This document shows positions 37,001-46,900 of a stretch of 64,000 nt of DNA, piece by piece. Within the stretch, counting starts at the first letter, position 1; each line of letters begins with the position of its first letter. Source of the stretch: Octopus bimaculoides (Eukaryota); assembly GCF_001194135.2 (NCBI RefSeq), contig NC_069001.1:37968989-38032988 (forward strand). Reading direction: 5' to 3'. The position numbers were made by a program, and so were the translations under genes. The notes beneath the pieces are model-generated. The model was not told where the DNA came from, did no database searches, and worked only from the letters and a program-made list of their open reading frames with translations.

Positions 37001-39755
37001 TGGCAATCTGTTCGCATGAGGATGGCTGGATGTTAGTTTGAGCCAGGGCTCGTTTAAGCTGGTCTTTAAAATTGAATTTCGGGCCTCTTCTGGGTCTTGT
37101 TCCAATTGCAAGTTCTCCGTAGAGCATGATCCTCTACAGATATATATATACGGATATATATATATATATACACACACACACAAAAACAAAATATGAGGTA
37201 AGGGAAATAACTCATCAGTTAGTAGCATGTATTGAATAGCACAGACAAATACAGGCCTACCAAATACCATACAACTTGCATGAACTCTTTTAACTGTTTT
37301 ACTTGTTTCAGTCACTGGACTGTGGCTATGCTGGAGCACCACTTTGAAGGGTTATGTGCAAATCAATTCTTGGACTTATTTCAAAACTGGGATTTATTCT
37401 ATTAGTGTTTTTTGGCTGAACTGTTTAAGTACTGAGGACATAAACAAACCAACACCGAATACCAAGAGGTGAAAGGGCAGACACAAAGACACACCCACAC
37501 ACAATGAGCTTCCTCACCGTTTCCATTTATGAAACTCATTGAGAAGGCATTGGTCAGCCCAGGACCATGGTAGAAGACACTTGACCAAGGTGCCCCATGG
37601 CGGGAGTGAACCTGGAACTGCAGGGTCGAGAAGCAAGCTTCCTAACTACACACAGGCTTCAGTACAGTTTCCATCTGTCAAGCTTCATTCATAGAGTTTT
37701 GGCCAAGTTACAGCACAGTGGGATCGATCTTGGAACGATGTGGTTAATCATGAAACAATTTACCTGTGTTGTTGTTAGCAACAGGTGTGTGTGGCTCCGT
37801 CTGGTGGTGAGGATTGGAATAACATTCTGTGATGAACATATTCAACTCTCGTAACTGCTTGGCACGCTGGACACATTTTTTGGAAAGTTCCACAGGACAG
37901 ATCCGGTGCTGTTTGATTTGGTGGAGGGCCTGCAAAAAAACACAAAGGAAACATTGCTGAATGGTTCCACCATGACCACCACCATTTATATATATAAATA
38001 AGAAATAGTGGTACAACAAGGCACCAATGTTTGCTGGAAATAACAGTCAATAACAATACCATACTCTGTAAAGCTTATATTTGCCAGAATATATTTACAT
38101 CATCATCATCATCGTCATTTAATGTCCGCCTTCCATGCTAGCATGGGTTGGACAATTTGACTGGGGACTGGCGAATCAGATGGCTGCACCAGGCTCCAAT
38201 CTGATTTGGCATAGTTTCTTCAGCTGGATGCCCTTTCTAACGCCAACCACTCCGAGAGTGTAGTGGGTGCTTTTACATTCCACTAGCACGAGGGCCAGGC
38301 AGGCGGTAAATATATTCTGGCAAAGATGTATGCGAGCAGCAAGCTTAAAAAATTTTCATCTTGGCAGAACATCATAAAAATGGACAACCCAGAATGGAGA
38401 ATCTAGTATTGCAATGATATTTAAAATTTTTACAGAAACCTTTTCCACTGACCTCAGTTCTGTTAATGGCGTTCAGCCGAATATACTGGCAAGATGTAGT
38501 TATATTTTAAAATTTTGTCACTGGTGAATCCTAGCTGATGAGGACTAATCAAATTTATGATAACAACCTTATTTTGGAAAGTTCGAAATTCAGGTCCTAG
38601 ACTATCCATTCTAGGTTGTCCATTTTTACAATGTTCTGCCTAGAGGTGAGACGAAAATTTTTAAAGTTTGCTGCCTGCATACATCTTTGCCAGAATATAT
38701 TTCAGTGAAGCTTTACATAGAGTCAGATCATTACTGACTGTTATTTCCAGCAAACACTGGTGCCTTGTCATACCACTACCTTTATTTGGCTGGAAAGTGA
38801 TATTATTGTATTGCAATGATATTTAAAATTTATATATATATACACTCTCTCTCTTTACTCATTTACTTGTTTCAGTGATTTTGACTGCGGCCATGCTGGA
38901 GCACCGCCTTTAGTCGAGCAAATCGACCCCATGACTTATTCTTTGTAAGCCTAGTACTTATTCTATCGGTCTCTTTTGCCGAACCGCTAAGTTACGGGGA
39001 CGTAAACACACCAGCATCGGTTGAGCCCCTGGTGCAGCCTTCTGGCTTGCTAGTCCCCAGTCAAACCGTCCAACCCATGTCAGCATGGAAAGTGGACGTT
39101 AAACGACGACGATGATAATGATGATACAGTGAATAAATTGTCGTCTAAATTACGCAAAAATGAAAATAACACTGACATCTCACTTTAACAGATATATGTA
39201 CTGAAATTACATCAAAATATCTTGAAATACTAAAGAGTAAATTTATTCAATAAAATGCCTCTAAACTACGACACCTTGATTATGAGATAAGGACGTAACA
39301 TAACTGTAAATCTGTTAAGGATATTCGCTGCCAGGTTTAGATTGAGCCACGATGTACGTTAGTTTGTATCTGAGTTGTGTACGGCAGGGTGTGGACACGT
39401 TGCCGGTTTCAACACTTTTAGTTCTTTTTGAGACATTTCAGGATCAAACAGGTCAACTTTGTGAACCGGATCGGACACTGAGAATGGATTTTCAATCCGG
39501 GACTGAAATGGGGACTGTCCCGATTGTCCAAGACAAATCGGGACGTATGATGGTAAGTCTAAGATGCTACTCTATACCGTTGTCTCTCTCTCTCTCTTTC
39601 TGTGTGTATGACTGTAGCCCGATGATTGTAACAAGTAAAAAATAAAAGCTAGAAGAGATATATCGGTGCTATTAATGAAACATAAGATAACAAAAGACAC
39701 AAGAGTGGCCGTACAATACCTCCTTGAGTGAGAGAGATAACCAGTGTGTAGTCAT
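23643..39755 (-). CDS. QRSL1: Glutamyl-tRNA(Gln) amidotransferase subunit A, mitochondrial (GatA); complete 10-exon CDS, 1698 nt, 565 aa
   Basis: Exons 39755-39720, 37929-37764, 36578-36380, 35583-35266, 34537-34362, 34219-34107, 33802-33610, 32817-32700, 29159-28954, 23815-23643 join in frame across GT-AG introns. The amidase-signature motifs [23 protein letters not shown] and [12 protein letters not shown] (Lys/cis-Ser/Ser triad) are present, as is [10 protein letters not shown]. Confidence 0.96.
24860..25490 (+). mobile_element. CR1-like LINE RT remnant in QRSL1 intron 9
   Basis: [24 protein letters not shown], and [24 protein letters not shown]. Confidence 0.85.
25940..25976 (+). ncRNA. 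Minimal type I hammerhead-like motif (variant core CUGUUGA)
   Basis: TCTTT-CTGTTGA-A-GAGC GTA GCTC-GAAAC-GTC^-AAAGA. Stems I and II are perfect and stem III is the palindromic ACGT. Confidence 0.55.
27775..28510. repeat. Diverged tandem repeat, about 300-bp period, about 2.5 copies
   Basis: The aaaggaaagctttat anchor recurs at about 27791, 28089 and 28390. The first two units share a near-identical ~48-bp block (cttaaatgtcaaacaattgtctccatag.ttgtgaggggctgtgatt). Confidence 0.9.
28954..29159 (-). CDS. QRSL1: QRSL1 exon 9 ([16 protein letters not shown]...TTSVNLA)
   Basis: Homologous to GatA KAQKVRRLI...VDVLLTP; cag acceptor and G|gttttg donor. Confidence 0.95.
29995..30500 (+). mobile_element. 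tRNA-derived SINE family A, alternative-tail subtype
   Basis: Same head and core as 44946-45330 but a different 3' region, ending gggggtc(aca)n. The same tail occurs at about 21760-21930 (-). Confidence 0.85.
32700..32817 (-). CDS. QRSL1: QRSL1 exon 8 ([39 protein letters not shown])
   Basis: Conserved GFxxxVxxRIxxG motif; cag acceptor and AG|gtaac donor. Confidence 0.96.
33610..33802 (-). CDS. QRSL1: QRSL1 exon 7 ([10 protein letters not shown]...[14 protein letters not shown])
   Basis: Conserved GatA motif; cag acceptor and G|gtaagt donor. Confidence 0.96.
34107..34219 (-). CDS. QRSL1: QRSL1 exon 6 ([13 protein letters not shown]...VGIPK)
   Basis: GxDxxDSTT motif; cag acceptor and AAG|gtaaag donor. 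Confidence 0.95.
34362..34537 (-). CDS. QRSL1: QRSL1 exon 5 ([18 protein letters not shown]...)
   Basis: Nucleophile Ser motif; cag acceptor and A|gtgagt donor. Confidence 0.97.
34764..35093. mobile_element. Non-coding fold-back element with ~87-bp terminal inverted repeats, in QRSL1 intron 4
   Basis: Arms 34764-34850 and 35002-35093 are reverse complements (gtcacaaaa.tgacagag...gcttttgctaaaaataagagttaaaac...gc.ctgtct). No clear target-site duplication. Confidence 0.9.
34887..34942 (-). ncRNA. Type I hammerhead ribozyme-like motif inside the fold-back element
   Basis: AGTTG-CTGATGA-GGATT AA GATGG TCT CCATC AA AATCT-GAAA-T TGGG A-TC^-CATCT. The core is intact, stem II is extended, the triplet is AUC, and stem I pairs 4 of 5. 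Confidence 0.7.
35266..35583 (-). CDS. QRSL1: QRSL1 exon 4 ([15 protein letters not shown]...[21 protein letters not shown])
   Basis: Amidase signature; cag acceptor and GG|gtaag donor; open frame throughout. Confidence 0.97.
36380..36578 (-). CDS. QRSL1: QRSL1 exon 3 ([23 protein letters not shown]...[11 protein letters not shown])
   Basis: Catalytic Lys motif; cag acceptor and GG|gtaagt donor. Confidence 0.97.
36770..37130 (-). mobile_element. RTE-clade LINE 3' end in QRSL1 intron 2
   Basis: [27 protein letters not shown]...[15 protein letters not shown], the typical RTE ORF2 C-terminus. Confidence 0.85.
37764..37929 (-). CDS. QRSL1: QRSL1 exon 2 ([35 protein letters not shown]...)
   Basis: tttttttgcag acceptor and G|gtaaat donor; homologous to the GatA N-terminal helices. 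Confidence 0.9.
38006..38778. mobile_element. Large fold-back element (~170-bp arms) in QRSL1 intron 1, left arm interrupted by a family-D SINE
   Basis: 38006-38076 plus 38307-38406 are reverse-complementary to 38597-38778. Confidence 0.9.
38531..38600 (+). ncRNA. Type I hammerhead ribozyme-like motif inside the fold-back element
   Basis: CTAG-CTGATGA-GGACT...AGTTC-GAAA-T TCAG G-TC^-CTAG. The core is intact, the triplet is GUC, stem I has 4 bp, and stem III is A-U plus U-G. Confidence 0.65.
39720..39755 (-). CDS. QRSL1: QRSL1 exon 1 ([12 protein letters not shown])
   Basis: 36-nt ATG exon ending GAG|gtattg in phase 0, which matches exon 2. It resembles the human N-terminus MLGRSLRE. Confidence 0.8.
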
Positions 39756-40332
39756 TCTTTTAAAAGCGATTTGGAAACAATAATTTCTCTGAAATATTAT
39801 AATTGTTGTTGTTGAAGAATCGAAAAAAAATTTCGACCTTGAACATGCTAACCTGGAACCGGTATCAGAGTAAAACTAGTTCTACCGACTTTGTGATCCG
39901 GCCATGTCGATAGAGAGAGAGAGAGAGAGAGAGAGTAGGAAAGAGATATGAGTGATACGAGAGAGAGAGAGAGAGAGAGAGAGAGTAGGAAAGAGAAAAG
40001 AGTGATACGAGAGAGAGAGAGAGAAAGCGGGTGAGAGATATGAGGTTAGAATGAAAGAGAGAAAGAAAAAAAAAACAGGAAGAGAGAGACGGAGAGAGAA
40101 AGAAAAAGAGGAACAAAGAGACGGAGAGAGAGGATTTGGCTGGTAACAAATTTACAGAGTAGATTAATTGTGTCGACACCGCACCAATATAAACTAAACG
40201 AAGCCGCCGCACGTTGTTTTATTGTCTTGTGTTTTGTAAATGATGCCCAGAGCTGCATCTCGGTTGAGGTTTATGGCCTTTCTCAGGATATACTGTATCT
40301 TTTAGTGCTCCCGCCACCGCTAACGACTGAAT

Positions 40333-40364
<32 letters not shown>

Positions 40365-40365
40365 G
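39756..40365. promoter_or_regulatory. Putative bidirectional promoter and 5' UTRs of QRSL1 and RTN4IP1
   Basis: About 610 bp between two divergent ATGs. It is visibly CpG-richer than the gene bodies and contains a (GA)n-rich block. Transcription start sites cannot be determined from sequence. Confidence 0.7.
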
Positions 40366-40675
40366 ATGATGATGTTGAGGATGTCGAAGTTATATAATAA
40401 CATTTCGTCTTTGAAGCTGTTGTCAAATAATTTCAAGACTGGGGCGCACGGCAGCAGAGTCACCTTGGTGCAGCAGCTCCTCCAATGCCGCAGCTTTTCT
40501 GACGGCGAACAGACCAGCTTCAGCCACCGAATGTCGGCATGGAATATCTATTCTTACGGCTGTGACCAGATGACCTTGTCCAAAACCACTCGTGTCCCGT
40601 CTGTGTTGGACCCTGGAGATGTGTTGGTCGACGTCCATGCTGCCAGCGTCAACCCGATTGATGTCATGATGAGAG
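40366..40675 (+). CDS. RTN4IP1: RTN4IP1 exon 1
   Basis: Presequence plus VHAASVNPIDVMMR; G|gtaag donor. The initiator is uncertain among in-frame ATGs at 40366, 40369, 40372 and 40381. Confidence 0.92.
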
Positions 40676-43600
40676 GTAAGGCTGTTTTCGCTGCTTTACC
40701 TCGCATTTACACCCATCTCCAACTTTTCTTCGTGCCAGAATCATTTACCGACCCTAGTTCAAATCCTGTCGGGTTCAACTGCTTTCCATTCGCTCTGAGT
40801 TTTATAAAATAGATTACCAGTTTACTACCGGAGTTGATTGAAACGACCAACGTCCCGTCCATATCTCCGGCCTTGAGCCCTATATGCTAGAAACAGTTAT
40901 TATTTTCAAAATGTAGTAAATCGGCAGAATTGTTAGCGCGTCGGACAAAATGCTTAGCGGTATTTCTTTCGGCTTTTTGCGTTCAGAGTTCAAATTCCAC
41001 AGAGGTCGACTTTGCCTTTCATCCTTCAGGGCCAGTTAAATACTTCAAAATCGTTAGATTGGAATTAAAATTAGAAGCAATTATTTTAAAGCGGTGGACT
41101 GGCAAAATCGTTAGAGCGCAGAGAAAATATTTTGTGATATTTGTTCTGGTCCTTTGTGTTGTGAGTTCAAATCCTACGCAGGTTAGCGTTGCCTTTCATC
41201 CCCGGCAAAAACAAAATAAATTACAAGAAGACCGTTGTAGTTCTTTGGGAACATTGTACTACAGAAATAGAATAATGAAGGAAATGAAGAAGACTTCGAG
41301 CCATGGAAGTTGAAAAAATCTCGAAAGGTTCTTCAACTTTCATCTCTTGCATCCACATCATGTCTTCATATCAGTGCTGTTTCTTTTTCTCTTGCCCATA
41401 TACTCACTGATCTTCAAGTTCTTTTTCCTGCTTTCATATCCTCAGTTGTACTTTTGACCCTGTAAATTGTCCACTCCAATAACAGCTACCTCTGTTGGGT
41501 CTACTCATTGTAACACTCCTCATTCAGCAATCCTTCATCTAAAAATGTTTCCTCATCTCTTTCCTACCAGCATCAGTGAGTGTAGGTGCATCGCTGTCAT
41601 TTCAACAGCTCCTTCATTCACCCGACACCTTGCTTCTCAACCACGACCCTTCACGTCTCTCTTCCTCTCATCACAGAACGTGGTAAGCCGCTTGTTTTCA
41701 GTTCCTCTCCATGAGAGATATTCCTTACAGTGGACTGAGATGATCGAATGCAGTTTTCTGGACACTGATGATTTGGCTCAGCCAATTATTGGACATTCGG
41801 CCAGTGTTGGCTGCAGTACTTTTTGGTGCTGAAGGCCAACTCCTGCACATATGCATACAGAAATATACACATATAGATAGACAGACAGAAAGATGGAGGG
41901 ATAGATAGATACATACATAGATGGATAGATAGACAGGGAGAAGACCCAGCAAGTAAAGTGAGATCACAGCCATAGCCTACACCAGTGTTGCATAACCAGC
42001 CCACATAAAAAGTACCTTAGGATTGTCAGGTGACATGCTGTGCTTGAGGAAACCTATTGAGTCAAGTAAATCAAAATCAAATGGAAATTGTAATTGTGGC
42101 CGATACCAGTGCTCCCTGACTGGCTTCCGTGCTGGTGTCATGCAATAAGCACCATTCATGTGTGGGTCATTGCCAGTGCCGCCCAACTGGCTCTCATGCT
42201 GGTGGCACGTAAAAAGCACCCATTACACTCTCGGAGTGGTTGGCGTTAGGAAGGGCATCCGGCTGTAGAAACTCTGCCAGATCAGATTGGAGCCTGGTGT
42301 GGCCTCCTGGCTTGCCAGTCCCCAGTCAAACCATCCAACCCATGCCAGCATGGAAAGCGGATGTTAAACGATGATGATGATGACAGACAGACAGATGGAC
42401 GGGTGGATGGCTCGACAGACAGGTAGATGGATAGAAAACATTGCAATTTATTAATTGTACATGATTGATAGAAACACTTTGCCTCTCCTCATTCACTTAA
42501 AAAGAAATATGTTTGCACACATAAATAGAGGGAAAGAGGAGAAACGGTGAGGGAGGGAAAGAGGAGAGCAAGAGAGAGAGAGGGAGAGAGAGAGAGAGCA
42601 AAATATTAAAACATCTGTAATTCCAAAACGGCCAAAATGTCTCCGACCCGCCTGATTCTTAGCTCCTCTTCCAGCTCTCCTGGCGTTTCCTCTTTCCTAT
42701 TTATTCCCATTTTCTTCCAGGTCTGTTCATTATCTGTTATGACCCCCAGGAAAAGACTAACGATTATAATGAATGTTAACCCCAGGTCAGCTTTGTTTTT
42801 TGAACAGACATATGATCAAAGACGTTCCAGGCATGACCAGCCCATTAAAGTTTTATGCAGTCAGTTGTCCTTCTTTTAGGGGTCCACTCATAGATGTCGG
42901 TATGTATGTCTAGCAACATCCCTGTCCCCTAGATGTCAGCAGAACATGTCATTGTGAGTTTTACTTGTTCTTCATTGAAGGTCAGTAAGTGGTCCGAAGT
43001 TGAAGTATTTAGTGACCACCCCTGATGAGGAAACCCAGTCTATTGTGCCATCGTCTTGTAGGATGTCTCAGTGGTTTGATTCTATTAACAGATGGTTACG
43101 GTGAAAAACTCATCAACCTCATCCGATGGCAACTTGGCAGCAAGCATTTTGTTGGTTCTGAATTTCCGCTCATTTTGGGACGAGACTTTTCCGGAACTGT
43201 TGTCTCCGTTGGAAAGAATGTGACCAGCTTTCAGCCGGGCGACGAGGTTTGTCTCTTTCATTCATTTATTCTTTCTGTTATCATCATTGTTGTCATCATC
43301 ATCATCATCACCACCACAACCAACACTGCCACCATCATCATTTACCATGATCTTCAGCATCACAGCTACCACCATCATCATCATCATCATTATGACCAAC
43401 ATCATCACTATCATCACGACTAATGGGTGTGTAAAGGGCTTGTACAGTGCCATATAAAAGCACCCAGTGCCACCCTGTAAAGTGGTTGGAATTAGGAAGG
43501 GCATTCAGCCGTAGAAACCATGCCGAACCAGACTGGATCCTGGGGCAGCTCCCCCAGCTTGCCAGCCTTGGTCAAACCGTCCAGCTCGTGCCAACATGGA

Positions 43601-43876
43601 CAACGGACGTTAAGTGATGACGACGATGATGATGATGCACATTGCTTTTAATTATTCATGCGTCATCTGGTCGCTTTAAGATTTCGATAACATGATTGTA
43701 TATTTTCAAAATGACATTGTAGGGTAAGTGTGAGAAGCCAGATCTGGCTAGTTTGAACATAAAAAAAAAGGTCAAATATTTGATCTGGATATGGACGGTT
43801 TAAATGCTAAAGGCTTAAAGACAGCAAGGTATGATTTGAGGGCAATTATACTTGTACACATGAATGTATACTTGCA

Positions 43877-43919
<43 letters not shown>

Positions 43920-46900
43920 GTATGTGTGTGTGTTTTAAATGAATCTTTCTATTTGTGTTTTTTTCTTTTATTTTCCTTTTTACCCCCTAGGTATGGGGAG
44001 TTGTGGGGGCACACAACCAAGGCAGCCACGCCCAGTTTTGTGTGGCATCAACAAAGGAGGTGAGTTTGAATTAATCATCATCATCATCATCATTATCATC
44101 ACCAGTGAAACAATGGAGTCAATGTAATCGACTCATCCCTTCCCCCCGAAATTGCTGGCCTTGTGCCACAATTTGAAATCATTATTATTATTATTCTTTT
44201 AACCCCAAATTTTGTTGGAACTCCTGGAATCTTGCTTGAGTTGTGGCCTTGCTACCTGTTACCTGTGCTTTTCAACTCTCTGATACCTTCCTGATGGTTC
44301 TGGCCATGCCAAGGAGTTAAACCTTTCGCAACGTCTCTCCTGGGTACTCCATTGGAACCATTTCTTTTATATTTCTCTCAATACCCTTCAATATTGTCCC
44401 CCAAGGCTACAACAATAACTGGCACCATCAGGCTATTTCGTATTTACAAGTCTCCTTTCTTGTCTTCCTTCTTAACAGCCCATGGGACAAATGGGAATGC
44501 AACATCAGTCATGGAACACATGTGGTTTACTTTGTCGTTCGCCACCACCACCACCATGTAGTGGCTGGGCAGAATTGTTAGGGTGTCAGGATGGAGTGTA
44601 AAATCGACTTTGCTGAGATTTGAACTTAGAATGAAGCAAACCTCGTCAAACATTGTTTTTTTCCGATTCTCTCAGGATTCTGCTATCCATCCTTCCATCG
44701 CTCTGTTGACGGAATTGTAAGGTTTGCTGATAGTTGTTGTTTAACCCGTGGTTCATTCTGACCAATGTCTAGGTCGAGAGGCGTTCCAACCATGACCACA
44801 CACTGTCAGTTTAGAAGTATATCCAAGACTTCTTCTTTAGTTGCCATGTTCAGAATGTAGGACGGAGGCGATCATGCCCTACCAGAGTTTTCTGTAGCAG
44901 TTCCACATCCGGGTGTTTAATGCCTCTTTCATCCAACTAGTTCGTGGAGGCGCAATGGCCCAGTGGTTAGGGCAGCGGACTCGCGGTTTCGATTCCCAGA
45001 CCGGGCGTTGTGAGTGTTTATTGAGCGAAAACACCTTAAAAGCTCCATGAGGCTCCGGCAGGGGATGGTGGCGAACCCTGCTCTACTCTTCCACCACATC
45101 TTTCTCTCACTCTTTCTTCCTGTTTCTGTTGTGCCTGTAATTCAAAGGGTCAGCCTTGTCACACTCTGTGTCACGCTGAATGTCCCCGAGAACTACGTTA
45201 AGGGTACACGTGTCTGTGGAGTGCTCAGCCACTTACACGTTAATTTCACGAGCAGGCTGTTCCGTTGATCGGATCAACTGGAACCCTCGACGTCGTAAGC
45301 GACGGAGTGCCAACAACAACAACAACAACAACCAACCAGTTCATTAAGCTTGACATCCAGATCATCCCCCTTCAATCTTTCCAGTCATTGCCCCTTTCTC
45401 CAGGCCCTCTTTCCTCATTACATGACCAAGAAATCTCAGTTGTTTGGCCCTTCTCTCACCAAGCGGCTTCCTATTCGCTGCGGCCCGGCTCATCACTTCT
45501 TCGTTAGTCTCTTAGTCCGTCTATGCTGTTCTCAATATTCGCCTTAAGAATCGCATTTCACAGCTCTCGTAAAATACATTATCGAATAACACCTTTCTTT
45601 ATTTACAGTTGTAATTTGTGGCCGGTTGAGCAACAAGCCAGAGAAGCACTTCCGTTTGGTTTGTGCTGTGTGTGTGTGTAAGCGTATAGAATATATTTAT
45701 CACAGTTAGTAGATCGGTATTAAAAATCGGGGTAAATAACTCTTGCGTTCTTACGATAAAGGAAGATAACTCTTGCGTTCTTACGATAAAGGGAGATAAC
45801 TCTTGTGACAGTTTGTGAGGGGAAAGAATTGGTAGTTAAGCCTGGAAAATATATATTGTATATAAACACACACACATACATACATATATGTGTGTGTGTG
45901 TGTGTGTGTATATAATGAAAGGATATATATTCCGACTAGGTCACTGGCCTGAGTAGAATCGTGTGAGCCCATTGCTATATCAAATGCATTTTCCCTATCT
46001 AACTTACTCCATATTTTATATATTCTAAAACACACACACCCACATCATGCATGCACACACTCAGGTCTAACCATCTATCCATCATCTGTCTGTCTGTCTC
46101 TATCTAAGTTTTGAGTGTGTATGTATTGTATGTGCTTCTTCTCCCTTGCTCTCCAACCATAACTCTTGCACCTCCTCTTACATCCCCCAGATAATCATAT
46201 ATATATATATATATATATATATANNNNNNNNNNNNNNNNNNNNNNNNNNNNNNNNNNNNNNNNNNNNNNNNNNNNNNNNNNNNNNNNNNNNNNNNNNNNN
46301 NNNNNNNNNNNNNNNNNNNNNNNNNNNNNNNNNNNNNNNNNNNNNNNNNNNTATATATTATATATGCATATAAATATACATATCTTTATATATCTTTTTA
46401 TATTATATCTGCATCTATCTCTCTTTATAATTGATTGTCTTTTTGTGTTAGCTGTGCCACAAACCCTCCACTCTCACTCACATTGAGGCTGCTTCTCTGC
46501 CTTACGTGGCACTCACAGCTTGGAGTGCCCTGTGTTCTGTTGGAGAAATCACTCAGCAAAAAGCACCAAACTTGAGGTAAGTCCTTCACTCAACATCATC
46601 TGCGTGTTTTTTGTGTTTGTTTTTATTTCACAGGATCTCTTGTTGTTTTTGTTGTTGTTGTGTAGCCATGGGCTGACTCTGGTTAGAGTAACATCTATGG
46701 GACATAACTTGGTTAGTTCATCAATAGTTGAAGGGCAGAGGCTTGATTAATTGATCCACAGATTTATAGTAGATAAGTGATTAGTTAATCCACTTGTCTA
46801 TGGAACATTGGGGATCAGTTGATCCAAGGGTACATTAGATAATAGAGACCTAGATACACAATGCTCTTTGAAAAAAAGGCAGACTTGATGTTCCCAGCAT

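Noticed and set aside
43022-43045. CTGATGAG-GAAAC-CCA-GTC, a hammerhead-like string upstream of RTN4IP1 exon 2
   Set aside because: There is no stem II and no stem I pairing between the flanks, so it is compatible with chance.
44946-45005. tRNA-like A and B boxes
   Set aside because: These are SINE heads followed by SINE bodies, with no complete cloverleaf. No true tRNA gene was recognised in the window.
45736-45805. 30-bp tandem duplication (ataactcttgcgttcttacgataaagg)
   Set aside because: About 2.3 copies with no spacers. It is a simple local duplication and not CRISPR-like.
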